Shown here piece after piece: positions 19,484-28,747 of a stretch of 64,000 bases of DNA (its first letter is position 1; the number at the start of each line of letters is the position of its first letter). The translations under genes and the position numbers were made by a program. Below the pieces are notes generated by a model. The model saw only the letters and a list, made by a program, of their open reading frames with translations, was not told the origin of the DNA and ran no database searches. Location: the IMG/VR virus record IMGVR_UViG_3300010376_000004. The stretch is one strand, 5' to 3'. The DNA is from a virus.

Positions 19484-20106
19484 GGACTGCCGATCCCCGC
19501 CTGGATGACAGTAAAGCGCACTGTGCCGGTGCCGCCTGACATGTAAAGACGTACTGCAGTAATCGGATCATTGATCGGTCCATCCAGCGATCCAGTCTGA
19601 TTGACCAGCGTCGGATGGTTGAACGGCTGTGGAAACTGCACGCCCGCAGGGAGATTGTTCGGGTCGTCATAAGTGTACTGGACCGTCCACGTTACCCCTT
19701 GGGTCCCGACCTGAACGCCAGACACTTCGATGTTAACCGGCGAAACGTGCCAGTTCATTATGTTCCACAGCGTTGAGCCGGTTGAGTACGTCCCAAAGGA
19801 AACCGTATTCGCGTTCGCCGCCAAATTGCGGATCGACGTCACAACTTTGAAGTCCAAATTGGTCTGCGTCGTTGTCGCGTTCGGCCCTGCGATGCTTTCG
19901 GCGATCGGAAAACCGGCCGCGTTTAGTCCAGAAATAACGAATGTATTTGCGCTTTCGTTGCCGATCGCCGTGATCAATACGCGGCGGCCGGCATCCAATG
20001 TAGTGGTAGCAAGCGTAAAACTGGCAGGACCGATCGCGCCGACACTCGCCAGCAAGTTCGCATTGCCTGCAATGATGGAGTAGGTCGTTACATTTGGCAG
20101 CGACAT
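19480..20106 (-). CDS. Putative virion structural protein
   Basis: 208 aa, beta-rich, in the head operon. Confidence 0.55.
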   Translation of the reverse strand: MSLPNVTTYSIIAGNANLLASVGAIGPASFTLATTTLDAGRRVLITAIGNESANTFVISGLNAAGFPIAESIAGPNATTTQTNLDFKVVTSIRNLAANANTVSFGTYSTGSTLWNIMNWHVSPVNIEVSGVQVGTQGVTWTVQYTYDDPNNLPAGVQFPQPFNHPTLVNQTGSLDGPINDPITAVRLYMSGGTGTVRFTVIQAGIGSP

Positions 20107-20115
20107 AGCGCCTCT

Positions 20116-20367
20116 CTATCGTCGTGGCGCTTTATCCATTCTATGTCGGACTGCGCCGCCAGTCATCTTATGCGCCATCGCGATGCCGGGAAACTTGCGA
20201 TGCACCTTGGCGCGGATCTTCGCCTTCAATGCCGGTCCCGCGTGTTGCGAAGCTCGAGCCAGTGCGTTCCTGGCGTGACTTGCATCCGGTATGGGATAGG
20301 AACGATCCGGCCCCGCGAATGTCGAAGCTGGCAAGGCTTTGCGCTTAGCTGCCGTCAGCTTCGCCAT
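20116..20367 (-). CDS. Small basic protein (conserved phage hypothetical)
   Basis: MAKLTAAKRKALPASTFAGPDRSYPIPDASHARNALAR; TAATG coupling. Confidence 0.65.
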   Translation of the reverse strand: MAKLTAAKRKALPASTFAGPDRSYPIPDASHARNALARASQHAGPALKAKIRAKVHRKFPGIAMAHKMTGGAVRHRMDKAPRR

Positions 20368-20714
20368 TAGTCTCCACCTTCCTCCCTAGGTTCAGTTTCG
20401 GAGGCATGAGTGTGGTGAGCGCTCGTGAGCGGTGCATGATCAGAGCCGACACGGCCGCCTTTCTTGCGTCCAGGCCGATCGAGCCGTGGCCGCACATTGC
20501 CGCCGGTCATGCGATGAATGATCGCACCACCGTCTTTCCTGTGATGTTTCTTGTGATGCGCGCGACCGCCTTTCCTGAGGCCGTCCTTCGCGTATTCTTC
20601 CTTGCCTTCGGCTTCCTTGACCACATCCGGGTTGCCAGATGCTACCATCAGTTCGCGCTTACCATCTTCACGACCGCCATGCTTGCGATGGTGACGACCT
20701 TTATGACCTTTCAT
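20367..20714 (-). CDS. Small basic His/Lys/Arg-rich protein with xxGG motifs
   Basis: LRKGGRA, RKDGGAI, RMTGGNV, RKKGGRV. Confidence 0.6.
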   Translation of the reverse strand: MKGHKGRHHRKHGGREDGKRELMVASGNPDVVKEAEGKEEYAKDGLRKGGRAHHKKHHRKDGGAIIHRMTGGNVRPRLDRPGRKKGGRVGSDHAPLTSAHHTHASETEPREEGGD

Positions 20715-20724
20715 GTCGGTCCTC

Positions 20725-22002
20725 CTAAGTCCCTATGCTCTGCGCCACACCGATCAGCGACGTATAGTTCAACGGCGTTCCGAAGATCGCATTTTGCAGT
20801 TGCACGTTCTGGAAAATAGTAATGCGCGCTGAACCATTAAACGCACCGCCAGCAGCAGCCGAACCAGACGCTGATCCAACCAGGATGGTCGAAGCGTTGA
20901 TGATGCCACGGACATCACCTGACGTGGCAGTTGCCGGTGTAGTGACCGCAGCTGTCCACCCAGTATTGTTGATGGCAAAGCCGCCAGTATAGAAGATATC
21001 AGCAAATTCCCAGCGGTCAGACCGCAAGTTCATGCCGATATAATTGCCGACGCCCACAGAGACGTTGCCCATGGTACCGGTTGTCCCGGCCACCAGCGTC
21101 GTGATGCTTTGGATATATTTCCATGCCTTCTGGCCGAAAGTCGTTCCGGCAGATGTGCAAGTCAGTCTTTCAGTCATCAACTGGTTATAAATGTCGTAAC
21201 CGGTCACCAGCAACTGCGTCGTCTGACCGGAGGCAGATACGACCTGAACATTGCGCGCAACACCGGCCCACGGGTCCATGGCCGCGCCCAGGCCGCAGAG
21301 CCGATATGGCTCGGCCGCATTCGCCGCTGTCGTGCTAGGGCCAAACTGCGTGGCATAAGGGATGAACTGGCTGTACAGGTTGCCTTGGCCAATAGGAACA
21401 TTGCTGGCTGTTGTCTGCGGCACAGGCGCAACCTGCAATGTCGTCGCATTGGCCGGCGATGCAGTACCGAAAGCCGTCACCTGACAGAACAATGGCACGT
21501 TGGTGCCGCCGCCAGCGCCAGGAATGCACAACCATTGTCCAAGCGTAAAATATCTATTGTCCGCGACTGCGACGGTCGAGCTATTTGCCGTCGTTGTGCC
21601 GGTGGTAAACCCGAAGTCGATAGCACCACACGTAACGATGGCCGATGCATTCAGCGGCTGGATCGGAATGCCGGGCGAATAGACTTGAACACCAGCCGCA
21701 GTACCAGCGACTGCCGTGACCAAGTTCAGACCTACGCCAACAGTGGTCGAAGGTGCCTGCGCGGCGGCGATAGTAGTTGAACTCGAAGCAGATGGGATGG
21801 CGTCAACACTGACGCTGTAGAAAGCATTGTACCAGCCGTGCACACGGCCAGGAGACAGGCCATCCTTCGGCTGCGGATTGAAGATCGGGTTCGCGATCAG
21901 ATCGCCCTGATAGCCGATCGACGGGCCATCAAAAGCTTCGACACGACCATCAAGGAGGGAACCTAAAACAACGCCCGGTCCCCGGAAAATTGTCTCAGCC
22001 AT
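20725..22002 (-). CDS. Capsid-associated minor structural/decoration protein
   Basis: Immediately follows the major capsid gene; MAETIFRGP start; Thr/Ala/Gly-rich. Confidence 0.55.
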   Translation of the reverse strand: MAETIFRGPGVVLGSLLDGRVEAFDGPSIGYQGDLIANPIFNPQPKDGLSPGRVHGWYNAFYSVSVDAIPSASSSTTIAAAQAPSTTVGVGLNLVTAVAGTAAGVQVYSPGIPIQPLNASAIVTCGAIDFGFTTGTTTANSSTVAVADNRYFTLGQWLCIPGAGGGTNVPLFCQVTAFGTASPANATTLQVAPVPQTTASNVPIGQGNLYSQFIPYATQFGPSTTAANAAEPYRLCGLGAAMDPWAGVARNVQVVSASGQTTQLLVTGYDIYNQLMTERLTCTSAGTTFGQKAWKYIQSITTLVAGTTGTMGNVSVGVGNYIGMNLRSDRWEFADIFYTGGFAINNTGWTAAVTTPATATSGDVRGIINASTILVGSASGSAAAGGAFNGSARITIFQNVQLQNAIFGTPLNYTSLIGVAQSIGT

Positions 22003-22017
22003 TGTTTGCTCCGAAGA

Positions 22018-22932
22018 CTAGCTGGTCGGGAACTCGCCCCATGCTGCGCGTGGATCATTGTAGCCGAAACTATACCTCTCATAGGCCTTAACTAAGAGGT
22101 TATCCGTCACGTTATCGACCCACATATCGCTCTCGTACGGCACCCGCAGCATGTGGATGAGGCCTTCGATATTTGTCGTCAAGAACCACGCAAAGTTTGA
22201 GGTGAGAAAATCGAGAACGATGAAGCCTTCCGGCAGTCCTCCTGACAATGTCAAGATCGCATTGACATCGTTGTCAGCCGTTCCTGGCCGCAGCTCCGTC
22301 TTGGTGAGCCGGATGGCGATCGGCTCAAGGTTCGGCGGCACGATCAAACGCCGCGCGCGGGACAAGATACGAAGCCCGCGTTCATTGACAAATTGAACAC
22401 GAACGTTCGTCATATCAGCAAGAAGCGTGCTTTCGTTGAGGCTCTTCGGCACCGTCGAGGTGTTCGCCCAAGTGCCGCCGTCATATGGATGGTTGGTCGC
22501 AAACAATGCCACGCCATCACCAACGATGGACGACTGATAAGTCGTGCCAAGGTTCAAGATATTCGCAGCCTGGATCTCTTTGAACTGTGCGAACGCTTCT
22601 TGAAGTTTCAAATTCGTGGGGTTGAACTGCGCTTTGTAGATGTTGTCATCGATGGCTTTTCTTGTGATGGCATATCCCAAAGCCACCTCGAGATGGACGA
22701 ACGCCCAAGTGAAGCGCTCGCCTGCGTTGTTATCGAACTGCGTCGCTGCACCTTCATCTTTCAAATAAGGCAGCGCGGTGAACGCCATCTGCGTCGAGCG
22801 TTCGACGGCAAGGTTTGATCTGCGGGTCGTAAAGACTTTGTCCCACTGGCGCGGGATCATGTCATACGAACCTCTGACATCGAACAAACCCGGCAGAAGT
22901 TCGGAACGGATATTAGCTAATGCAATAGGCAT
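22018..22932 (-). CDS. Major capsid protein
   Basis: 304 aa; ELLPGL...DEGAATQFD...VALGYAITRKAIDDN...LIVPPNL...KAYERYSFGYNDPR pattern; synteny. Confidence 0.85.
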   Translation of the reverse strand: MPIALANIRSELLPGLFDVRGSYDMIPRQWDKVFTTRRSNLAVERSTQMAFTALPYLKDEGAATQFDNNAGERFTWAFVHLEVALGYAITRKAIDDNIYKAQFNPTNLKLQEAFAQFKEIQAANILNLGTTYQSSIVGDGVALFATNHPYDGGTWANTSTVPKSLNESTLLADMTNVRVQFVNERGLRILSRARRLIVPPNLEPIAIRLTKTELRPGTADNDVNAILTLSGGLPEGFIVLDFLTSNFAWFLTTNIEGLIHMLRVPYESDMWVDNVTDNLLVKAYERYSFGYNDPRAAWGEFPTS

Positions 22933-22948
22933 CTATCTCTCCCGTTCC

Positions 22949-23560
22949 TTAGCCGTGGGTGATCGTGCGGTTCAGTTGGAAGTTGAACGACACAATGACC
23001 CAGTTGTAGTTAGTCGTCGGGTCTGAACCGTTCCCGATCCCCTGATAGAGCTGGAATACTTTGAACGGCAGGAACGACGAGGTCGTACCCATGCCGGATG
23101 TGAGCGTTGCTTGATCGAGCGTGGCAATGGAGAAACCGCCGCCTGTCGTGTTCGGCACGCCACCCGTGAAGTTGACGTTCTTGCCGATATCAGCCGTGCC
23201 GATCGCAGTGGAGAAGCAGGCCGCTTGGAACAGTGCGTTCGGCGCACTGATCACGTAAGCGGTCGCATTCTGCGCAGCGCCAGCGCTCGGCCAGAACGGT
23301 GACGAGACCGGCGCGCCGCCGGTCGTCGGGATGAAGTTGCAGCCTTGGAAAATGCCGACAATAGGCTGCGTGGTCGCCAACGTGTTGGTGGCCTGGATGA
23401 TCGTGCCGGCAGGCGAGCTGGTGAAAGTAACCGGATCGCCGAAGCCTATGGCCGTCGCATAGGATGACGCGATCGTAAAACTCTGAAGCTGATAGTCGGG
23501 CGCCCCGCCGGGCAAGAAACCGACGTGCTTAAAGCCGTATTGTGCCTGGGTATTCGCCAC
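22949..23560 (-). CDS. Capsid-associated (decoration/stabilising) protein
   Basis: MANTQAQYGFKHVG...IASSYATAIGFGDPV...GIFQGC; directly upstream of the capsid gene. Confidence 0.6.
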   Translation of the reverse strand: MANTQAQYGFKHVGFLPGGAPDYQLQSFTIASSYATAIGFGDPVTFTSSPAGTIIQATNTLATTQPIVGIFQGCNFIPTTGGAPVSSPFWPSAGAAQNATAYVISAPNALFQAACFSTAIGTADIGKNVNFTGGVPNTTGGGFSIATLDQATLTSGMGTTSSFLPFKVFQLYQGIGNGSDPTTNYNWVIVSFNFQLNRTITHG

Positions 23561-23679
23561 AGCGCGACTCCGAACGGGTTGCTATCCCCGCCCGACAAAC
23601 CCTGCCTTGGCGATGAATGGGTGAACGGCACCGGCCCGGTGCCGCAATTGCCACATTAAACGGAAATTTTAGATCAATG

Positions 23680-24546
23680 TCAAATTGCCGGCGCCTCAAC
23701 CGGAACTGTCGGTCCATTTTTCCGCCGTCGGCCACGCTTTTTAAACTGAACGACTTTTTCCTTGCTGAACTGCATATTGGTTGTGGCGGCGATGCTGGGC
23801 GGCAGCACTGTCTGCGCCGCAGCCTGCGCCGCGGCGGCATCGCGCAGTTTCGTCTGCTCTTCCGCCCACTCCAGATAGCAACCGGAATAGTCATAGGGCC
23901 CGACATGGCTAATGCGATAGCCGATCGCCGCCCATACCTTGCCGCCCATCCTGTTCCAGCGCAGACAGAACGACAGATCCTCCGACACCACGCCACGTTC
24001 CGGCAGGTCCAGCTTTTCAAAAGCTCTGATCATGCGGGTACAGCCGGCCTTCTGCAGCATATCGGCCGCGGGATGAAGCTTTAGCCGTGTATCGACCAGC
24101 TCGGGCATTTCCTTTTCGAATTTTTCCGGCACGTCGCGCCGGATCAGCGTGCAACCCATGCCGACCCCTTCGCATCGCATGAAATTGGCGCGCCGCTCGG
24201 TATGCGTGCCGCCCTCGCCAGACCCGGCCCATGACAAAGGTATCTTGCGCTGCGGATAGATCGTCCCGACGATCGGTTCGTCCAGGTGCAGCATGTCCAG
24301 AACCATTTCAGGCGGAAATGCCATATCGGCATCGATGAATAGCATGTAGTCAAAGTTCTTCAGCGTGTCATACCAGATCGTCATCGCCATCGATCGCAAC
24401 TCGGCAATATCGGGGAATGACAGCGTCGACACCGAACCACCGATGGACCTGGAGGCCAGCGTCTGAACGAGGTTGTGGCTGGTCATGAAGGTCGAGGCAG
24501 AGATCTGCTGGCCGAAGGCCGGCACGAAAATAAACACGTTCTTCAC
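23680..24546 (-). CDS. GT-A fold glycosyltransferase-like protein
   Basis: YMLFIDADM (DxD motif) and SEDLSFCLRW...GGKVW. Confidence 0.75.
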   Translation of the reverse strand: MKNVFIFVPAFGQQISASTFMTSHNLVQTLASRSIGGSVSTLSFPDIAELRSMAMTIWYDTLKNFDYMLFIDADMAFPPEMVLDMLHLDEPIVGTIYPQRKIPLSWAGSGEGGTHTERRANFMRCEGVGMGCTLIRRDVPEKFEKEMPELVDTRLKLHPAADMLQKAGCTRMIRAFEKLDLPERGVVSEDLSFCLRWNRMGGKVWAAIGYRISHVGPYDYSGCYLEWAEEQTKLRDAAAAQAAAQTVLPPSIAATTNMQFSKEKVVQFKKRGRRRKNGPTVPVEAPAI

Positions 24547-24558
24547 GGATGGTCCCTC

Positions 24559-25302
24559 CTAAACTGCTGCTTCCATCTGCTTCTTGACCACCCTGCAAAA
24601 AGCATCTGTTGACATAGCGGATTGCTCAGCTGCCCGCCATAACAATGGCAAATAGCCGTCGATAAAGGCAAAGTCCACGTTTTCCCGCTGCCGCTTCCAC
24701 TTGATCTCACTGTCCCACAGAAAATAGGTATTCCATAGCTCTGGGCCGCGCTTGACCGCCTCCTCAAGCATGTCTTCATCACCGAACTTAAAGTGCTCAA
24801 CAACCGGAAGCTTTTCGACAAAGTTAAGCACGTCGTCATGGACCCAAATGAACCAGCGATGATGATAATAGCCACGATAGATCTCGCAGCCGCCAACCCC
24901 ATCAGCGCCCCGCACCAGCTCCACTAGAGGCGATGGGGTTTCAATGTAGCCCGCCTTACCGACCCGCTGTAGTTCGGCAATAAGCGGAAACGGGTCGCCC
25001 ATATCCTCCAGCATGTGCCGACAATAGACAAAGTCCACGTCCTTATGGCCGTAAGGCAATGGCCTTTCGGTAACATCCCATTGCAGAACCTCAAGCTTCG
25101 GTTCTATCCCGATCTGCTTCCAGATTATTTCCAATAAAGATCGATCGCGCTGATCGATCCCAACATCAGCACGGGGAAATGGGTTATGGCCGCAACCAAC
25201 ATCCACGACAAAGGCGTTCGCCGGAATGACATGGCTTGCCAACCATTCGGTGATAACCGGTACGGGATACCAAAAATGCTTATCTTTCCGCGACAGCGGC
25301 AT
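24559..25302 (-). CDS. Class I SAM-dependent methyltransferase
   Basis: VVDVGCG motif I; DFVYCRHMLED. Confidence 0.8.
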   Translation of the reverse strand: MPLSRKDKHFWYPVPVITEWLASHVIPANAFVVDVGCGHNPFPRADVGIDQRDRSLLEIIWKQIGIEPKLEVLQWDVTERPLPYGHKDVDFVYCRHMLEDMGDPFPLIAELQRVGKAGYIETPSPLVELVRGADGVGGCEIYRGYYHHRWFIWVHDDVLNFVEKLPVVEHFKFGDEDMLEEAVKRGPELWNTYFLWDSEIKWKRQRENVDFAFIDGYLPLLWRAAEQSAMSTDAFCRVVKKQMEAAV

Positions 25303-26423
25303 TACAGGAACTCAAGATGCGGCGGCGCCGATGTTTGCGGAAAGTCGACCTTGCCCTGCGTATAGTCCCAGAGCCATTGGTTCGTGTGCGTCTGCAAGCA
25401 CTGGGTTCCGCATCTTTCCCGCGGATCGAACTCATCCGACGCTAGATACCGAACGACATCCCAGTATCGATCACTTTCCCATATCTCCTTGAACCGCTTT
25501 TGCTCTGCACCAGCGATCCAGCCCATGTGAAATTTCCTAAACTTGCTATTGAAGTGAAAGCCGCAGGTGCTGACCAAACCATTGCCGCTGATCTGGAGCT
25601 GAAAGGGAGGGCCGAAGCACTTGCCATAGTGCCGCTTACCTTCATCCTCGAGCCGCGCCCACTTGACGATGATGCGCAGATCCTTGTCACCCATCGCTTC
25701 GGCTTGCTTGAACGTGTAATACAGCTTGTCATATTGCTTGTAGTCCAAGCCTAGGAAGCCTTCATCGTTATCGCTACAATGCTTGAAGATCACGTAATGC
25801 GGCCGCAACTCCTGACCCAAACGACACAGCGGTATGATCTGGTCCGCCATGTTCGGCATGGTGACCATTTGCATGTTTACCGTTACTGGGAGTTTGTCAC
25901 GTCGGACAATGGTCATCGCATCGCGAATGTTCTGTACTACCCGGTCGAAAAAGATCTGCTTTACTCCCATGATCTCAGCGTAACGTTTTCGCTCGCCTGC
26001 GGAAAAATTGAACCGTAGATAACTGATGTGCGGCAGGATGCGTTCCAAGACCGGCTTGGTAAGAGCAATACCGTTGGAACCAACCCCAATTTTGATGCCC
26101 AACTTAGCCGCATGCTCGATACTCTTAGCGTAATAAGGTACGAGCGTGCTTTCGCCGTCCGAGATAAGAGAGATGCCTTTGACACCGATCTCTGCTGCGT
26201 CATCAAGATAATCCAAGGCGATCTTTTCGGTGATCTCGCCGCCTTCACTGGCCTGCATTTGGGCGAAGCAGAAAGTGCAAGCAGCTTGGCACTTTCGGGT
26301 CCAAGCAACGTCCATGGTGATTGGCGCGATCCGCTCGCCGCGCTGCCATGCCTGGACACGGTCCTTCCACCAACCGATCTTGCTCGCATCGAGAATATAC
26401 TCATAGATGTCCATATCGCTCAT
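25302..26423 (-). CDS. Radical SAM protein, probably with a SPASM-type C-terminus
   Basis: CQAACTFC (CxxxCxxC); later Cys cluster C...GNGLVSTC...C...C. Confidence 0.85.
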   Translation of the reverse strand: MSDMDIYEYILDASKIGWWKDRVQAWQRGERIAPITMDVAWTRKCQAACTFCFAQMQASEGGEITEKIALDYLDDAAEIGVKGISLISDGESTLVPYYAKSIEHAAKLGIKIGVGSNGIALTKPVLERILPHISYLRFNFSAGERKRYAEIMGVKQIFFDRVVQNIRDAMTIVRRDKLPVTVNMQMVTMPNMADQIIPLCRLGQELRPHYVIFKHCSDNDEGFLGLDYKQYDKLYYTFKQAEAMGDKDLRIIVKWARLEDEGKRHYGKCFGPPFQLQISGNGLVSTCGFHFNSKFRKFHMGWIAGAEQKRFKEIWESDRYWDVVRYLASDEFDPRERCGTQCLQTHTNQWLWDYTQGKVDFPQTSAPPHLEFL

Positions 26424-26626
26424 AAGCGGTCCCGTTGTTGCGACGTCATCGCCCGACGCAACTTGCTGTCATCCCCCACCGTTTCCTTGAATACTTCCGC
26501 CGGCAGACCGCGCGATCGCAAGTTCTTCTCCATGTCGAGCATCACTTCGCCCTGCGTCGAGGCCGGAATGCCGGCGCCGAAACGAACGATAACATGGAAA
26601 TGGTCACTAAGCTTTCGCCCGTTCAT
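26420..26626 (-). CDS. Hypothetical protein
   Basis: 68-aa ORF, ATGA-coupled to the radical SAM gene. Confidence 0.5.
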   Translation of the reverse strand: MNGRKLSDHFHVIVRFGAGIPASTQGEVMLDMEKNLRSRGLPAEVFKETVGDDSKLRRAMTSQQRDRL

Positions 26627-27197
26627 TCTTATAATTTTCCGTATATTCCACGAGCAGCGTCGATACCGGCGACGCCAGTGCTACCTTATAGGCTGGGATA
26701 ATCTGCTCGGACTCCTTCAAGCGCACCACCTGAACCGTTCGCAACATCTCGGAAAATGGCTGCGTGAAGTCATCATTATGCTGCGGGCCAGGATCAAACG
26801 GCACTGACGACGGGATAGCTGTCCGGATGATAACCTTCGGCTGATAGCTCGAGTAAAGCGGTATCCGATCCAAATGGTTGATCAATTGGTTGGCCGCCAG
26901 TAACAGAAAGTTCCACCTTGGATAGATCGCGATCGGCAATACACCCTCAAGGCTAAGCCCAATGCAAAAGCCCATTTGAAAGTCTTCCGCTACCGGAAAC
27001 TCCAGGCGTGCCGCAGCCGGTATTCCCGACAATGTCTGGCTCATAGTCGTGCCGCCATTCAGTCCGACACCCTGGCCAATGAAGATCGCGCCTTCTTCAG
27101 CGCATAAGTGCATCGCCTCAACCAGCGCGCCGAAATAGCTAAAAGACGAGTTCTGGCTGGAGATCTTTTCGTCGAATTGGAGGTCCATGTTCCACAT
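26607..27197 (-). CDS. TPP-dependent dehydrogenase E1 beta / transketolase pyrimidine-binding subunit (start uncertain)
   Basis: IFIGQGV...LEFPVAEDFQMGFCIGLSLEG..PIAIYPRWNFLLLAANQLINH...PQH. Confidence 0.8.
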   Translation of the reverse strand: MWNMDLQFDEKISSQNSSFSYFGALVEAMHLCAEEGAIFIGQGVGLNGGTTMSQTLSGIPAAARLEFPVAEDFQMGFCIGLSLEGVLPIAIYPRWNFLLLAANQLINHLDRIPLYSSYQPKVIIRTAIPSSVPFDPGPQHNDDFTQPFSEMLRTVQVVRLKESEQIIPAYKVALASPVSTLLVEYTENYKNERAKA

Positions 27198-27630
27198 ACC
27201 TATGCAAGTGCTTCATCTGCTCGAAACATCGTTCACGGGTTGCCAAAATAGGCGCTGGCGTTCCCTGCGCATGTCTCCACTTCATCCTATAAGTCTCAGC
27301 GAATAGAAAGATCAGATCCGCCTGTTCCTTCTTAATGACAAGGTATGGGTAAACCTCCTTCAAAAGCGCATAAAACCTAGCAGAGGAAATATGCCAAGTA
27401 TAAACCTGACGACAATTCGGTTTCTTGCGTTTTTCGGAATAAATGCAGCCAACACCGGTAGTTTCTCTACACCACGCGACTAAACGATAATCCGTATTAC
27501 AGACTTTCAAGTAAGCCAGATAGCCAACGCTTTTCTCGCCAGAAGCCAATTTCGGACGATGCTTCATTATGCAGATGGTGCCTTCGCCATCGATAATTCC
27601 AGCAAAATAAGCTGCGGCTTTAGCGTCCAT
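27139..27630 (-). mobile_element. Free-standing LAGLIDADG homing endonuclease gene
   Basis: YFAGIIDGEGTI motif; V.NTD; YPYLVIKKEQA; visibly more AT-rich than its neighbours. Confidence 0.85.
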
Positions 27631-28229
27631 TAGAACACCACAAAGCGACCTATCCCTACGTGGGGACGGCTAAGCTTGTAGTCATACTTGGTTATCTCCG
27701 GTGTGGTCTTGAGCATGGTTTTGCCCCACGCGGCCCTGGTGTCGGTGGTTACCGATAAACCGTTGTCCTCGATGATCCAATGAACCGGCAAGTCGTGGCC
27801 TTCACAATACTGTCGGCACTCATGATACATGCCCGTTCGTGCTGCCATATCGCCAAGAAAGCAGTGGACGGTTTCTCGACCTCGACGTGCTTTAATTGCC
27901 CAAGCAAGGCCAGTTGCAATAGGAGCGATGCCACCAACCAAAGCACTAGAAAGCACACGATAGTCAGGAAAACAAAGCGCGATAGATCGCCCATTAATAA
28001 TGGCTTCCTTTACTTTCTTTGGCGGCACACCACGCAACAGACAATGATAATGCGCCCGCCATGTACACAGCACCCAGTCATAGCTCTTGATATTCTCAAA
28101 GATCCTGATCAGTTCGGCCTCATTACCGCCGGCCAGATGCACGGGTGCTTTGATGGCGCCAGCAGCGAACAGCTGCTCGATCTCCTCCTCAAAGCTAAGC
28201 AAGTCCCGTGCCGTCATCCGCTCAGTCAC
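27630..28229 (-). CDS. TPP-dependent dehydrogenase E1 alpha-like subunit
   Basis: PVHLAGGNE, WRAHYHCL, CFLGDMAA...IIEDN TPP-binding motif. Confidence 0.85.
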   Translation of the reverse strand: MTERMTARDLLSFEEEIEQLFAAGAIKAPVHLAGGNEAELIRIFENIKSYDWVLCTWRAHYHCLLRGVPPKKVKEAIINGRSIALCFPDYRVLSSALVGGIAPIATGLAWAIKARRGRETVHCFLGDMAARTGMYHECRQYCEGHDLPVHWIIEDNGLSVTTDTRAAWGKTMLKTTPEITKYDYKLSRPHVGIGRFVVF

Positions 28230-28747
28230 TGTACCGCCTCCAATAGCGCGTGCAGCAAACCTAAATGCACAGTCTCAACAATGCCATAGTTCGATGACGG
28301 CACCCAGAAATTATAAGCGCCGCATTGGCGCAACTGGTTATCAAAACGAAAGCCGCTCAATGTCACGACCTTGCCAAGAAGTGCCGCCTCCTTGGCGCAG
28401 CAAACGATGTTTTCGCTTTCCCCGGACGAAGAAATGGCAAATAGCACATCGCTGGGCGCAAACTTCAATTGCCTGAAGAAGACGTCCTTATAGCCATAGT
28501 CGTTCGACAGACAGGTCAGGGCCGCCGCATCGTTGTAGCATCGCGTTGCAAAATCGGCCTTGTTGAGGAAGTCGATTGCCATATGCGAAGCGATGGCCGC
28601 GCTGCCGCCATTGCCGATGAAATGCAACTGCCCATTCATCAGTTTTCTGACCTTGAGCAGATCCACAACCGCAGCAAAGTCTTCTTGCTGATCAGTCCGT
28701 GCGCTGACCAAAGCCTCGACAAAGGTTTCGATCCACGGCCCTTTCAT
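28226..28747 (-). CDS. gmhA: Phosphoheptose isomerase (SIS domain)
   Basis: FIGNGGSAAIASH, LTCLSNDYGY, AISSSGESEN, YGIVETVH. Confidence 0.85.
   Translation of the reverse strand: MKGPWIETFVEALVSARTDQQEDFAAVVDLLKVRKLMNGQLHFIGNGGSAAIASHMAIDFLNKADFATRCYNDAAALTCLSNDYGYKDVFFRQLKFAPSDVLFAISSSGESENIVCCAKEAALLGKVVTLSGFRFDNQLRQCGAYNFWVPSSNYGIVETVHLGLLHALLEAVQ

Noticed and set aside
27139-27630. Intein or group I intron around the LAGLIDADG gene
   Set aside because: The ORF has its own start and stop and no intein C/S...HN termini; there is no flanking non-coding sequence for a ribozyme core. Splicing is kept only as a testable alternative
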